From Flaccisagitta enflata (taxonomy: Eukaryota), in NCBI GenBank assembly GCA_965153355.1, contig OZ231126.1, positions 47,244,001-47,308,000 on the forward strand: a stretch of DNA of 64,000 bases. Direction: 5' to 3'. A program made the translations under genes and the position numbers. The notes beneath the pieces are model-generated. The model was given only the letters and a program-made list of their open reading frames with translations. It did not search any database and had not been told where the DNA came from. Below, piece by piece: positions 1 through 13,800 of this stretch (its first letter is position 1; each line of letters starts with the position of its first letter).

Positions 1-1585
1 GCGATTTGCCTCTTTTTTAACCAATACTCGTAGACGGCCGTTATGAGATCATCGTCTTCCTTCAACAGAACCTTAGCGTCCCGTAACTGACAGAAGTGAG
101 GAGTGAGCATGTCATACGAGGTACATCATTGAACATGTAGCGGCTCCTTTTTCATTTAGGTTTGGGGTTTGAATTTGAGTTAGATCACATTCAATCGTTA
201 AACCATAACTGCCATGCCAGTATCTTTGTTAGTTCTACCATCAGCAACTGAAGTGCAGCTATTATTAAATTCCCAACGAGCAACGATACAAATAGGCCAA
301 AAAAGATTTGGACAAAGAAGACCAATGAACCTGCAAAATTTGATGCCCAGATCCCTTTTCTAGGCGGTCCATCATTTCCTCGAATTTAGCGTGAGTGAGG
401 GTGACGGCGCTGTCCTGGCCCGAGCGCGCATTCAGCTTATCCTGCTGCTGAACGAGCCACTTTTCATCGTCATCGTCCATATCATAATCGGGGTGTTCTT
501 GCTCCAGCAAATTTAGCGCCTAATTATGCAAGAGGATCGACGTCAAATTAACACTATTCAAGTGCAGCTCGAGCTAAATCCATCAACGATTGCATTCTGC
601 TACTATATCAATCAAATAGACAGATAAGACTTTAACCTGGACATGAATCAACTGCTTTGGTAGCCTAAAGTCCTTCTCGTAGAGACTTTCGTAGTTGGCC
701 ATGGCGCAGGCAACTTCCGGTGTTGGAATGACGAGAGCAGTGGCGGTTCCGTAACATTGCTGAGCAATGATCGCTCGCTGTAGATGATGTTCCTAAACAA
801 GCAAAACATTTTCGGTTGAGAAACTCGTCCATTGCTAAGCAATGCTTGCTTGTTGCACTATACACCATATCAGCAAATCCGGCACAGTATAAATTTGGTC
901 ACAAGTATTTTTTCCGGTTACGTTCAGTCCCATTGGCATAAAAGAGGTCCTCACAAGTAAAAATGTCCAGTTTTATGGGCCCCAGGAGGCCTTTGGGGCT
1001 CAAAATTGGGTTTTAACACAAGAAAAAATTTTAATAGGTATTTATTCCCTATCTAAGAAATTATCATTTTTATTGTCATGCCTGACTACAACACTGCTGG
1101 TGTCTTAAGGGCCCAGAAAAGTGACATGTAGTTTTAAAGGGACACCAAAAAACATTTTGAGGACAAGGAGCAATTTCTGTTACCAATTGTTCAATTTTTG
1201 TCATTCTCATGCAATGGTACAGCCTTACTTATGTCTAAGAAGCCATAACAACTAAATATACTCAGTGGAACAGAAACTGAAACACACATCTATCGGAACA
1301 CATCACTTTCTCTAGGCTTGATTGATCATTATGATGTACTCCAACACTCAGATCCAAATAACTAAGCAGAAGAAAAAACTACGTCTGTGCTCCACCAGCC
1401 CTAATCTAACTACCAATGCCGCCATTTACCGTCTCCTCTTCTTTTTCCATCCCCGTGGGCATTTCGGGGACAGTTCTATTGATGGTCGCCAAATCTTTGA
1501 GATCCGGAACATCTTCCTGGATGTATATGGGCATCGGCTTTATGGCGTCGAGCGCCCGTGCCCTGAACGAGAGCTTTGTCGTCAT
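1..1585 (-). CDS. EPC1: Enhancer of polycomb homolog (EPC1/EPC2, NuA4/TIP60 subunit), 5' part; continues beyond the window start
   Basis: Minus-strand exons 1585-1430, 792-637, 519-331 and 86-1, joined by GT-AG phase-0 introns, translate to MTTKLSFRARALDAIKPMPIY...PEMPTGMEKEEET|EHHLQRAIIAQQ...PKQLIHVQ|ALNLLEQEHPDYDMDDDDE...FEEMMDRLEKGSG..|LRDAKVLLKEDDDLITAVYEYWLKKR. This matches the EPcA N-terminus I recall (KLSFRARALD, MPTGMEKEEE, EHHLQRAI, PDYD, EEMxDRLEK). EPC1 versus EPC2 cannot be distinguished. Confidence 0.96.
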
Positions 1586-1589
1586 TTTG

Positions 1590-1900
1590 GTCGAGACGAC
1601 GGGTCGCTCCCGTTGCGGCTGCCGAATAGACCCAATACCAGTTGAGTCACTGGGGGATCAGCTGGAAAGGTTCTAATACAGTCTAGTTAATCGAACTATC
1701 ATTGTCACCAATCAGTTTGTCGTTGGGTTGAGGAGGGGCAACGGGTTTTTGCACAGTATATTTTCCTCGTTGTTTGCAAGGCGCGTTCATTTCGGAATCC
1801 AATATGGTGGCGCTGGGAAAATAGCCCAGAATGCATGCGCAAAATATTGCCCGCATGTTTCATAGATGGCGCATCTATACAAAGGAAATTCGAATGGAAT
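1590..1900 (-). promoter_or_regulatory. Probable EPC promoter/5'UTR region
   Basis: CpG-richer stretch directly upstream of the EPC ATG, with CCAATCA (~1708), an NRF1-like TGCATGCGCA (~1832) and ATGGCG motifs. Motif presence only; no TSS data. Confidence 0.4.
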
Positions 1901-2203
1901 CAATGATTTTAACGGTTAAAAAGCGCAACACAGTGCTCTCTTGTTTAAGTTGAGTTCTATGTTAAATTTGACTATTCTTTCTCAGGACAAAGTTTGTAAG
2001 GAGAAATATAGGCAAGAGCAAAACCCTCAGAAAAAAAACAAGTGACGCAGGGCCACAATATCGTTGCGGATGGGTGGGCAGGGGCATCCACACCCAATGC
2101 CCCCTACCAACACAGATAACCAAAAAACATTTAAAACCCTAGTTTTCCACTTATCAACTTACGATTAACAGACTGACAAACTGATGGACCGACAGATTTA
2201 CGG

Positions 2204-2540
2204 ATCTGCAAGTCTTTTTTCTGCTTTAATTACAGTTTGACATCTTTTGAAAACAAGAGATATTGAGATCAGAATTTTTTTATTTTGTCACCTGACCTGT
2301 GTCCACTGAAAATAACATATTTGCTTAGGGAATCAAAAATTACAATAACCAAGAATGTGCGACTTGTAAATTAGTATATCTTTAGTTGTATGTTTTAGAA
2401 ATGCAAATTTTTGACCCATTTCACAGATTTGTTATTTTCAAGATTTATTTTACATGTTTGCCCTATTTTCACAATGAATTATGTTTCAGAGGATGATTAC
2501 CAAAAAAGGCAGCTAATTGCCGTAGGAAAAAAGTAAATGC

Positions 2541-2598
<58 letters not shown>

Positions 2599-2640
2599 GG
2601 ACAGACAGAGAATGAGACAGAGAGAGAGAAACAGAGTTCT
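2204..2640 (+). repeat. Dispersed repeat carrying a (GA)n microsatellite; second copy at ~6658-7140
   Basis: About 330 bp from ATCTGCAAGT to GGAAAAAAGTAAATGCTG recurs nearly identically at ~6658-6990; both copies run into (GA)n. Confidence 0.8.
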
Positions 2641-2739
2641 ACCCTTTTGTCCATAAATGCACTGTGGGAACCAATTTTACGCAACGCAAAACAGGAAGGA
2701 AATAATGCTTGGTTTGTTCATTGTCATAGTCGTCCTCGT

Positions 2740-4301
2740 TAAAAAATCTCAGGATTATGTCAAAATTGTGGGATTTTACCATCCATCCCATTCTAGACCA
2801 ATTTTGACCCCAGGAATCCAAATCTGCAGTCAAAAATGGTCTCAGGTCAATATTTCGATAGGCTACAGCTACATTTCTCAGGTCAAAATACTATATAAGG
2901 TCAAATTTTCAAAATTAGAAATTTTTCAATCTGATTGCAGATTCAAAATCCTTGCAAAAAACTGTGTGAAGAAAGTGTCTTTCTTTTTTCAAAATTTTGA
3001 TTAGAACATAGTCAAAATTAACATTATCCGTCAAAATTAGGCCAAATTTTGACAAAAGAGCAATTTTACTCTTTTTTGGATGTTCAACGCTAATTTTGAC
3101 TATGTTCCAATCAAAATTTCAAAAAAGAAAGATACTTTCATTTAATAGTTTTTTCCAAGGATTTTGAATCTGCAATCAGATTGACAAATTTCCAATTTTG
3201 AAAATTTGACCTTATGGGTGGTTTCATGACAGATCACCCAAACTGAAAACCCTAAAAAAATAGAATTTGCTCTTTTTTGGTGTAAAGGTAGCCCTTGGGG
3301 AGATATGCAAGAATCCCGAAGATTTTCGCTCTCGGACCCATATTTTGGGTTTTAGGGGGGTTTGAAATTTTGGGCCCCCCAGGTACCCCCAGAACTTCAA
3401 ATAGCTATATTTCAGCCATTTTTCATGATAAAAGGACAATCTTGGTGTCAATCTTCTTGTCTTCAAAGAATCTATTAGGAAAAAAATTTGAACAAAAAAA
3501 TCATTTTGGGGTTTTTACTAGGGTGCAAAACTTACCTAGTACGTAGAAATTTTGAAAAAGTTGAAAAAATATTCTTCTATGTTTGTGCTTTCATATTCAA
3601 GAATAAAAAATATGGGACCTCAACTCCTTAGTGCCCATATAAAGGGCCAAATGGGTGTAAGGCCATTTTTACAATTTTGACCAAAAATGCCAAAATCCTC
3701 CAACATTGGCTCTACACCCATTTTGGCCCTTTATATGGGCACTAAGGAGTTGAGGTCCCATATTTTTATTCTTGAATATGAAACAACAAACATAGAAGAA
3801 TATTTTTCAAACTTTTTTTTCTAAATTTCTATGTACTAGGTACCTGGGTACCCCCACTACCCCTAGAGGTAAAAAATTTTTTTTTTTTGTTCAAATTTTC
3901 CAATATTCTTTGAGTTAATAGAAGATTGACACCAAGATTGTCCTTTTACTATAAAAATAGCTGAGATATATTATTCAAAGTTCTGGGGGTACTTGGGCCA
4001 AAATTTCAAACCCCCTAAAACCCAAAATATAGGTAAGGAAAATCTTCGATTCTTGAATATCCCAAGAGCTACCTTTACACCAAAAAGAGCAAATTCTATT
4101 TTTTTAGGGTTTTCAGTTTGGGTGATCTTCATGAAACCACCCTTATATAGTATTTTGACCTGAGAAATGTAGCCGTAGCCTATCGAAATATTGACCTGAG
4201 ACCATTTCTGACTGCAGATTTGGATTCCTTGGGTCAAAATTGGTCTAGTACGGAATGGACAGTAAAATCCCACAATTTTGACATAATCCTGAGATTTTTT
4301 A
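2740..4301. mobile_element. Non-autonomous foldback DNA transposon (Mutator-like by TSD length) with an extra internal palindrome
   Basis: Terminal inverted repeats TAAAAAATCTCAGGATTATG...CATAATCCTGAGATTTTTTA; 10-bp direct repeat TCGTCCTCGT at 2730-2739 and 4302-4311. The arms mirror each other to a central palindrome (~3545-3835); a separate palindrome at ~2895-3213 interrupts the left arm. Confidence 0.85.
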
Positions 4302-4366
4302 TCGTCCTCGTCTTCTTCCTCCCCTCACCCTCTTCCTCCTCTCAACCTCTCCTCCTGATTTCCACC

Positions 4367-6039
4367 TTTTTAGTCTCGTGCTACGCGACTCTACACCCCG
4401 CTATGTCGGTCCGTCGGTCCGTTGATCTGTCCGTCGGTCCATCCGTCACACTACTTTTTTTGGTTTTTTGCGGTTTTTGGCCTCAATGCTCCTGCCCAAA
4501 TGATCTGGTGACCTCAATTATGGTCCCTGCCCACCCGCACGCGACTGGGGTAGCCGTGCATCCAGCCTTGTTAGATGCGTCCTCGCATCTCTATAAGAGG
4601 GTGTGTCCCTTGGTCTGTCTGAATGTCTGTCTGCCTGAATGTCCGTCCGTAACGCGAAAATTTCTAAACGCGATTTCTTGGGTTTTCTCTTCATTTCTAT
4701 TCATGTCTCTTCATGAATCTTATATCTCTTATGTCGTTTTTGTCTCTTTTGTCTCTTTTGTCTCCTATATGTCTTATGTCTCCTATATGTCTCGTTTGTC
4801 TCTTATTCTCGTTTGTCTCTTATTCTCGTTTGTCTCTTATTCTTGTGTCTCTTATTCTCGTCTCTTATTCTCGTCTCTTATTCTCGTATGTCCCTTATGT
4901 CTCTTATGTCTCTTAAGTCTCTTAAGTCTTATGTCTCATGTCTTTTCATGTTTACTCATGTCTCATGTCCGTCCATATGTCTCCATGTCTCAAGTCCCTT
5001 CATGTCTCTTTGTGACGACGAGGCGTGGGGGGTGAGGTGGTGTTGAGGGGGGGCAGGCGTGAAAAGCGTGGGGGGAGTGGGGAGATGGGGGAAGGAGGCG
5101 TATGGGAGGGGGGCGTAAAGGGGGAGAAGCGGGGGGGAGGCGGGGGGGTGGGGGGGCGTGGGAGGAGGGGAGAGGCGTAGGGGGGTGGGTAGGCGTGGGA
5201 GGAGGGGGGGGTGAAGGAGGAATCAGTTTTTTGGGCAGCGGCCCCGAAGGGGACGAAGTCCTGTAGAACACGGGGGGACTTTCGTTCGTCCGTCCGTTCG
5301 TCTGTTCGTTAGTCCCCCCCCTTCATCAGACCCCTCAGGCTTCAAATCTGGCCTTTCAGGCCTCAAATCCAGCCTCTCAGGTCTCAAATCCAGCCTCCCA
5401 GGCCTCAAATCTGGCCTCTCAGGCCTTAAATCTGGCCTCTCAGGCCTCAAATCTGGCCTTGTAGGCCTCAAATCTGGCTTCTCAGGCCTCAAATCCTAAT
5501 TCTCAGGCCTCAAACCTGGCCTCTCATGCCTCAAATTAGGCCTCTCAGGCCTAAAATCAGCCATCTAAACCTCAATTTATTGCTCCCAGGCTTCAAATCA
5601 GTCCTCTGGCCTTTCAAGCCTTAATCCAGCTCTCTCAAGCCTCAAGTCAGCCCTCTCAAGCTTCCAATCGGCATTCTCAGGCCTTATATCAGCCTTCTTA
5701 GACCTCAGTTTAGGCTCTTGAATGCCTTCAGTCAGCCCTCTATAGCATCTCATCCACTTCTTCAGGTAGGACGAACGAAAGTCCCCCTGTGTTCTACAGG
5801 ACTTCGTCCCCTTCGGGGCCGCTGCCCTGCTTCCCCTCACTCCAATTCACAATCACTCAAAGCAGGGCAACGGGTATCGCTGACCACATATTGCCCTTGG
5901 GCGACCTGTTTTCTCTTTATCTCAGTATCATTATATTTTCATATCATCATATCTTAATATCTTTATATCTTGATAATTTGTATTTTAATATCTTACATCT
6001 AAAGAGGACGCATCTATTGGACATCTCTTGGCCTTGTTG
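4367..6039 (+). mobile_element. Cluster of Helentron-associated non-autonomous elements (HINE-like): family A (~4367-4572), family B (~4571-6039) and family D nested in B (~5228-5912)
   Basis: A and B show a 5' hairpin (AGTC(T/G)CGTG..ACGCGACT; AGATGCGTCCTCGCATCT), a GTCY microsatellite, a repeated sub-terminal motif and a 3' GCCTTGTT end at T-runs. D has long inverted ends (GGGCAGCGGCCCCGAAGGGGACGAAG...) around 21-bp repeats. Confidence 0.75.
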
Positions 6040-6299
6040 ATTTCAAAAAGCTTAATAATCCTTTCCGATCATATACTGATGACAGAATAATTTAGGGCGG
6101 AAATTCTTATTCACAGATAGGTTAGAAATTTTGCATGATTGCTGATTTTTTTTTTTTTAATTTTGACAAAGACTATTCTACACTTTAGGTTAAGACATAG
6201 GTAATGTTAGGGAATTCAATCCAGTGCACTTGTTTTTTCCTGCAGGAGCAAATCTTTAATTGAAGCTTACTCGAGCTAAAACATATGAAATCTAACCAA

Positions 6300-6385
6300 C
6301 ACCTAGCATTAGCCCTAATCCCTACCCTATCCCTAATCCTAAAACCCACCCAATCCCTAACCCTAACCCCACCCCTAACCCTAAA
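6300..6385 (+). repeat. Degenerate (CCCTAA)n-like interstitial tract
   Basis: CCCTAATCCCTACCCTATCCCTAATCCTAAAACCC...CCCTAACCCTAACCCCACCCCTAACCCTAA. Confidence 0.55.
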
Positions 6386-6984
6386 ACATTACCCGCTTAA
6401 AAATACTTGAAAACAAGACACGGATTGACATACCTAACGGGACCAAAACATATTTTGCATATTAGCAAGCTCAATTGCCTCGACAATCAAAAAAATCAGT
6501 TTTACTTAATTTTCTTTAATTTTTAATATTTTATTTTAATATTGTAATATTTTAATATTTTGATATTTAGACAGTAATTCAAAAATTTTAATCATAGTTA
6601 TCCATTCAAAATTGATAAGAAAATAATATCATGTCCCTTGATCTTGCCATCAGTGAAATCTGCAAGTTTTTTATCTGCTTTAATTACAGTTTGACATTCT
6701 TTTGAAAACAAGAGATATTGAGATCAGAATTTTTTTATTTTGTCACCTGACTTGTGTCCACTGAAAATAACTAATTTGCATAGGGAATCAAAAATTACAA
6801 TAACCAAGACTTGTAAATTAGTATATCTAAAGTTGTATGTTTTAGAAAATGCAAATTTTTGACCCATTTCACGGATTTATTATTTTCAAGATTTATTCTA
6901 CATGTTTGCCCTATTTTTACAATGAATTATGTTTCAGAGGATGATTACCAAAAAAGGCAGCTAATTGCTGTAGGAAAAAAGTAA

Positions 6985-7095
<111 letters not shown>

Positions 7096-7519
7096 AACAG
7101 ACGGACAGACAAAAACAGACGGACAGAGAATAAACAGAGAGAACGCTTGTTTTTCCACTTTTCAACTTGATCACCATGGATAGAAAGGACCAACGGATGG
7201 ACTGACGGACAGATGGACAAAGCCTCTTATAGATTCCACCACTAAAAGAGTGAGAGACTTTGCTGCCAGCATGCACAATCATCATCTGGGACAATTAGAA
7301 GTTCAAATAGACTTAATTCCTCATTTTTGGGAAAAATGCTAAAAATGTGAAAAAATTAAAAAAAGATTCAAAAAATCATAGCTCTGAAACTATCGATCGC
7401 ACAGAATTCTGCTTGGCGTCACCTGAACGAGGAGACAAAGCTCTTTCTTAGCTATTAATTTCATGCATAGTCCCATTCGGCTCCCAAAATTGATCAACTT
7501 TCCCAAACCACTCATGAGA

Positions 7520-8030
7520 AATAGTCGCAAAAGCGTTAGGTGGTCAGCGGTACCCGCACCCTGCTTAGGTAGGTCATGAATGTAGTTGAGGGTGAGAGCA
7601 AGGCAATTGCCTTTAAGGGGTCAATGACCTATGCTTTCATAGGTCATCAACCCCTTTGGGGCTGCTGCCCTATGTTTTCACACGAGGGAATTTTCTCCTT
7701 CTTTCTTTGTTCCCCCCCCCCAACCTCCAGGCCCATATCTCAGCCTCGAGGACCATATCCCAACCTCAAGGCCCAAATCCCAGTCTTAGGGCACAAATCC
7801 CTTGAGGCTAGGGTTTGGGCCCTGGAGATGGGATTTTAGCCTTAAGATGTGATTTGGGCTTTGAGGTTGGGATTTGGGCCTCCAGACTGGGATTTGGGCC
7901 ATGAGGCTGGGATATGGGCCTCGAGGCTGATATATGGGCCTGGAGGTTGGGGGGGACAAAGAAAGAGAAGGAGAAAATTCCCATGTGAAAGCATAGGTCA
8001 TCAACCCCTTTGGGGCTGCTGCCCAAAAAG
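7520..8030 (-). mobile_element. HINE family D copy with short inverted 20-bp repeat arms
   Basis: Shares the terminal CATAGGTCATCAACCCCTTTGGGGCTGCTGCCC motif, the tail and the 20-bp GGCCCAAATCCCAG-type units with the 19213-20595 element. Confidence 0.7.
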
Positions 8031-8484
8031 GAAAATCGATTTCCGCTGTAGGTCTCAAAGCCGAAGGTATCCTTCAACTTTTTTCCAAATGATTGTTCCA
8101 TTGACAATAAGTTTGGCAATGTATTTGCTATTTATACCATTTGCTTGCTGACAATAACCATTTGTTGCATTTGAGAGAATATTTTTCATAAACTAGAAAA
8201 GATTGACACACAAGTCCATGAATAAAAACTTCGATACGATTGTGCAGCATGTCTTATGCCAAACAGCCATAGCTCCGTAGCAAGATTTAAACATGAGTGC
8301 TAGTGAGAAAAAATAATGGAAAACTGTTGAACAAGGCCGGATACACGGCCATCAGTTGCGGACGGGTGGGCAGGGGCGGAAATACACTTTTCAACTCGAG
8401 CGTGATGGACCAACCGACCGACCAACCGACCAACGGACGGACAAAGCCTCTTATAGAGTTGCGTGTCCGCAACTAAAAAGGCAT

Positions 8485-9440
<956 letters not shown>

Positions 9441-9496
9441 ATAAACACACCACCAAACAAGTGCAATGCGCCGACCCTTCTCATGATAAAAGTATA

Positions 9497-10047
9497 CAGT
9501 AGATTCCGTTTAGACTTGAGATAACAGGGGCAAGCATTGTGGGAGATTTAATAAAGCCATGGGAGTAATATTTAGAATATAAACTAATCAAAAGATGTTT
9601 TATTCTCTATGATAGCTGGTTGCTATGGAAACACATTTTCATGTATTCTCGCAAAATTATCAACATTTTGAGAAATTTTTTCAGGGAACATTGCTTAAAA
9701 TCAAATTTGCAACAACTTTCCCACAGTATTTTCTGTAAGAATATCGCTAGTTTGGCCGTTGCTAGGGAGCGTAACTATGTGTGATGGCCCCTAGCAATGG
9801 CCTAACGAGCGATATTCTTACAGAACATACTGTGGGAAAGTTGTTGCAAATTTGATTTTAAACATTGTTCCCTCAAAAAATTTCTCAAAATATTGATATT
9901 TTTGCAAAAATACATGGAAAAGTGTTTCCATGACAACCAGCTATCATAGGGAATAAAGCATCCTTTCATTAATCTATAATCAAAATATTAATCTCCTGAC
10001 TTCATTTGTTTTTCCCCCGTTATCTCAAGTCTAGACGGAATCTACTG
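9497..10047. mobile_element. Palindromic MITE, Tc1/mariner-type (TA TSD)
   Basis: TA|CAGTAGATTCCGTTTAGACTTGAGATAAC...GTTATCTCAAGTCTAGACGGAATCTACTG|TA; the whole element is an imperfect palindrome. Relatives at 11594, 26868 and 43830. Confidence 0.88.
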
Positions 10048-10199
10048 TACCTTTTCTTGTCTTTCCCACTTACTATGTTGCTCCTACATTGAAAAATGGT
10101 ACGTGGTACGGTGGTAGTTTCAAATCTACACCTCCCTCAAATATAAACAAGCCAAATCTCGTCTTGGTCCTCAATGACTCAAGAACCTAGGTTCGATTA

Positions 10200-10620
10200 T
10201 CGGATACATATATCAAACAACTACCATATAAGGAAGTTCCGGTGGTTCATCAGCTGCCGGAAGAGATATGATCTCATCGATCAGATGACGTCACGTCGCG
10301 ATATAAAGCTGAGACTCGAGAAGCGACGAGAGCCAATTTTCGTTCGGAACTCGACAGAAAACTTGGTAAATTCTCTTTCAAAACATAAAAGAGCCCTTCC
10401 CTCGAAACTTCGCGCAGAGTACTCCGAGCCGGGTTTGAAACCCGATAATCATCTTCATTTAAATGGTACTCAAACAATATATACCGCAGAACTTCTCAGA
10501 TTCGGGCTTACTCCACTTTTTAGTCCCGAGGGCGCAAAAGGTGCGGTGATACCCAGAAGCCCATCCCAGTCGGCACGATGACTTTCACTCGGAAGTGAAG
10601 GAATGTAGGAGCGCTTAACG
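10200..10620 (+). promoter_or_regulatory. Candidate CBFB promoter/5' region
   Basis: CpG-rich island 200-600 bp upstream of the CBFB ATG, with a CRE palindrome TGACGTCA (~10286), TCGCGATA and ETS-like GGAAGT/CGGAAGTG motifs. Confidence 0.35.
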
Positions 10621-10825
10621 CGCCAAAAACAAAAATTCTCCCCGCATAACTACTGAAGCACATTATTCTCTGCTAAAAAAGTTTGATGATAATACATGTA
10701 AGAAAATAAATCAAAAGTTTAGTCGGAACCCCAGATTTACATCAAGACAAGCGATAACAAGAATTACACGTTTTCAAAATTTACTTAACAAAACAAATAC
10801 AAAAGTCTTTACATTCGATACAAAG

Positions 10826-13800
10826 ATGCCGCGTGTTGTACAAAACCAGGTATAAATACAAAAAATATTCTTTAGAAGAAATATCTGCACATACACTAAA
10901 ATTTTTGACTAAGAAATTTGTTTATAAGAACATTGAGGCTCAATGTCAATTCTTTCTCCTAAACCCTTCAGCAATCCCATTTCAAAAATGACGATTTTTT
11001 CAAGAAAATCTCGAGAGAAAGTGAAGTGCGTTACACGGCTCATAAAGAACTTCGCCATGAAGAAAGAGTAAAATTGTTTTACCAAGAATGCAAAAATGGA
11101 GACGCTTTAGATGTTGCCATTTTGTCCACCGGAACCTCAATTAAGCTCACAGTAAGTCGGATGAATTCTAGCATCTTTCGAGTGGCAAAGAAATGAACTG
11201 CATATATCTGAACATTAACATTTAACAATATCTTTTACAATGAGATTCAGGAGATGTCGTCAATACAATGGCTCTCATACCCTCCATAATATTCATGTAT
11301 ATGCTTGTGTATTACATTAAAAAATTAATAGTGGCCTATTGAATCCAATAATCAGGGATGTAAATAGTAGAGTTTCATCAATGGGTGCGATAATGGGGAA
11401 AGCAGTTAGGGAAGAAAACAAGGCCGGATACACGGCAATCCAGTCGCAGACAGTTGGGCAGGAGCAGTGATGCAAAAACCGCTCGCAATTTTAGAAATAT
11501 TTCGTACCGACCGACGGACCGACACGGCAAGGTGTAGAGTCGCGTGTCCGCGACTAAAAATGAAATTTAAGGAAAACAATCCTTGTTGTGGTACAGTAGA
11601 TATCGTCTAGACTTCAGATGATGGGGGTAAGTATAATAGAAAGAGAAATGAAACTAGGGTATTGATATTTGAAATATAAACTAATACATGGATTTTTTAT
11701 TATTCATGATGGTTGGTTGCCATGGAAACACATAAACATGTATTGTTGCAAGAATATCAAGATTAAGAACTTTGGAGGGAACATTGCTTAAAATAAAATT
11801 TATTACAATTTTCCTACAGTATGCTCACTAAGAATATCGCCCATTTGGCTGTTGCCATGGAACTTATCCATGTGTGACAACCCTGTGATGCTCCCTAACC
11901 ACCACCAAACAAGCGACATTTTACAAGCAATATTTTTGCAAAACATATTATACAAAAGTTATAGCAATATTCCCTCAAACATTGACATTTTAATTAGGCA
12001 TGTTCCAAGGGACAATATGTCCTTCGGAGGGAGGGGAGGGGAATTATTTTGTCCCTCCCCCGAAGGGAGCCGAAAGACCCGAATGTTTTGCTTTATCAAT
12101 AATACTACTTCATTTCAGGTTGGAAATAGCGGGCATACGCCAGAGGAGAGAGCCAAAACAGTTTTAGATCACTTTCAGAAAGTTTATTTATGAAAGGAAA
12201 CCTAGGAAATAAAATAAGTAACTAAGGTCTTACAACTGATACGTTATAATACGTTATACGTTTTAATCCATTTCTTTTAAAACAAAACTGAACCCGGGCT
12301 AATAATCTTGGACATTCAGGTGGACAGGCTTGCTTTCTCTCTCTCTCTCTCTCTTTTTCTCTCTCTCTCTCCATTCTTCAATGATGTCAACGCAAATGTT
12401 GCCAGACTTGTAATTAACCCAGTCAGAAGTGATTATCAGGCCTGGTCACTATTGGTGTGTCTCTTTTATTTTTGTCATCTCATACTTTATAAAAAAATCG
12501 TGCAAATGAGCGTTCTCAGCATTCTTTTTACCTCTTCGCTTTCGATCCTTCCACCAATTTATCATTCATTCGTTCATTTATTTATTAATTCATTTATTCA
12601 TTCATCCATCCATTCATTCATTCATTCATTTATTCATTCTTTCTTTAATCGCGAGACAAATATTGGCGTAAACTCGGCCTTTTTCTTTATCTTTTCCATT
12701 AGGCGTTTAAAAGTGTGACACTGAAATTTCAACTTCATTTGATAAATCAATGTTTCTTTTTTCAACTGAGTAAAAAAAGTCAATTTGTGTGCCTGGCCTA
12801 AAAATGTTTGAATGAACATTTTGGACAAATTAATATTTTTGATGATTGCGGGCATGTATGGATAAAAATTGGAAGTGAATGTAAATGAATGAAAGTGAAT
12901 GAAAGATGATGAAAGTACAGCTAAACCCCGCTCAAAGGGATTTCAGGGGACTAACAATTTTATTCTGTTATATGCCAAATTCTGTTGCCAATAAAAAAAA
13001 TAAAAAAAATAAGTTGAAGGGACCATAAATTTGCAGCTGTTATAGGCGGATTTCCGCTGGTTGCGGGTCCGTTAGAGTGGGGTTCAACTGTAAATGAAAG
13101 TAAATGAAAGTAGGAAGGTTGCAAGAATAAAGGACGCCAGGATTGGCTGTTTTGCGCTGTTTTGACATTTGCGTGATAGACTGACAGATCAACCAACTGA
13201 GGGACAGACATCACTTCTTTTGCGAGGACGCACAAAGAAATAAAGTCGAATTAAGCTTAGCCTAACTCATTTTAGTCGCGGACACGCGATTCTACACCTT
13301 AACGTGTTGGTCCATCTGTCCATCCGTCGGTAACATATCTAAATTGTGAGCGTTTTTTTGGCATTACTGCTCCTGCCCAACCATCCGCGACTGGATTGCC
13401 TTGTATCCAGCCTTGTTGATATGAACAGTTTTTTTTAACATGGCATCAAAACGCGCTAAAAATAAAAACGTTGTAGTTATTTCATTAATAGCTATGTTTT
13501 GAAGGCAAAAATGTACAAAGTATGGTAAAACTACCTTATTTACCGGGCACGCTCTTTTCCTGTCGGGCACACTAAAATTTTGTGGGGCGTGCCCTGCATG
13601 CACGCTTAGATAAAATACTAATTTCAGGGCTGGTGATAATCATTTTTAATTGAATCTGAGTTCCTCTGATCGTTCGACTGACCAATCATATCATTATCAC
13701 TATCATAACAATTTTTCCAGTCGCTCATACTATTGTTTAGCAAGGGGCCATATCATCCGCCACTTTTTCTTTCTTATGCTTTTTGTCATTATGTCATGTA

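Noticed and set aside
1416-1676. Plus-strand ORFs over the EPC first exon, and 63120-63620 over the TMEM115 exon
   Set aside because: Antisense shadows of real minus-strand coding exons.
4220-5035. 271-aa hydrophobic ORF
   Set aside because: Runs across a foldback TIR, two HINEs and a TCTCTTAT-type microsatellite; low-complexity artefact.
10174-10581. 135-aa ATG-initiated ORF upstream of CBFB
   Set aside because: No recognisable domain; better explained as CpG-rich promoter/leader sequence, though a uORF cannot be excluded.
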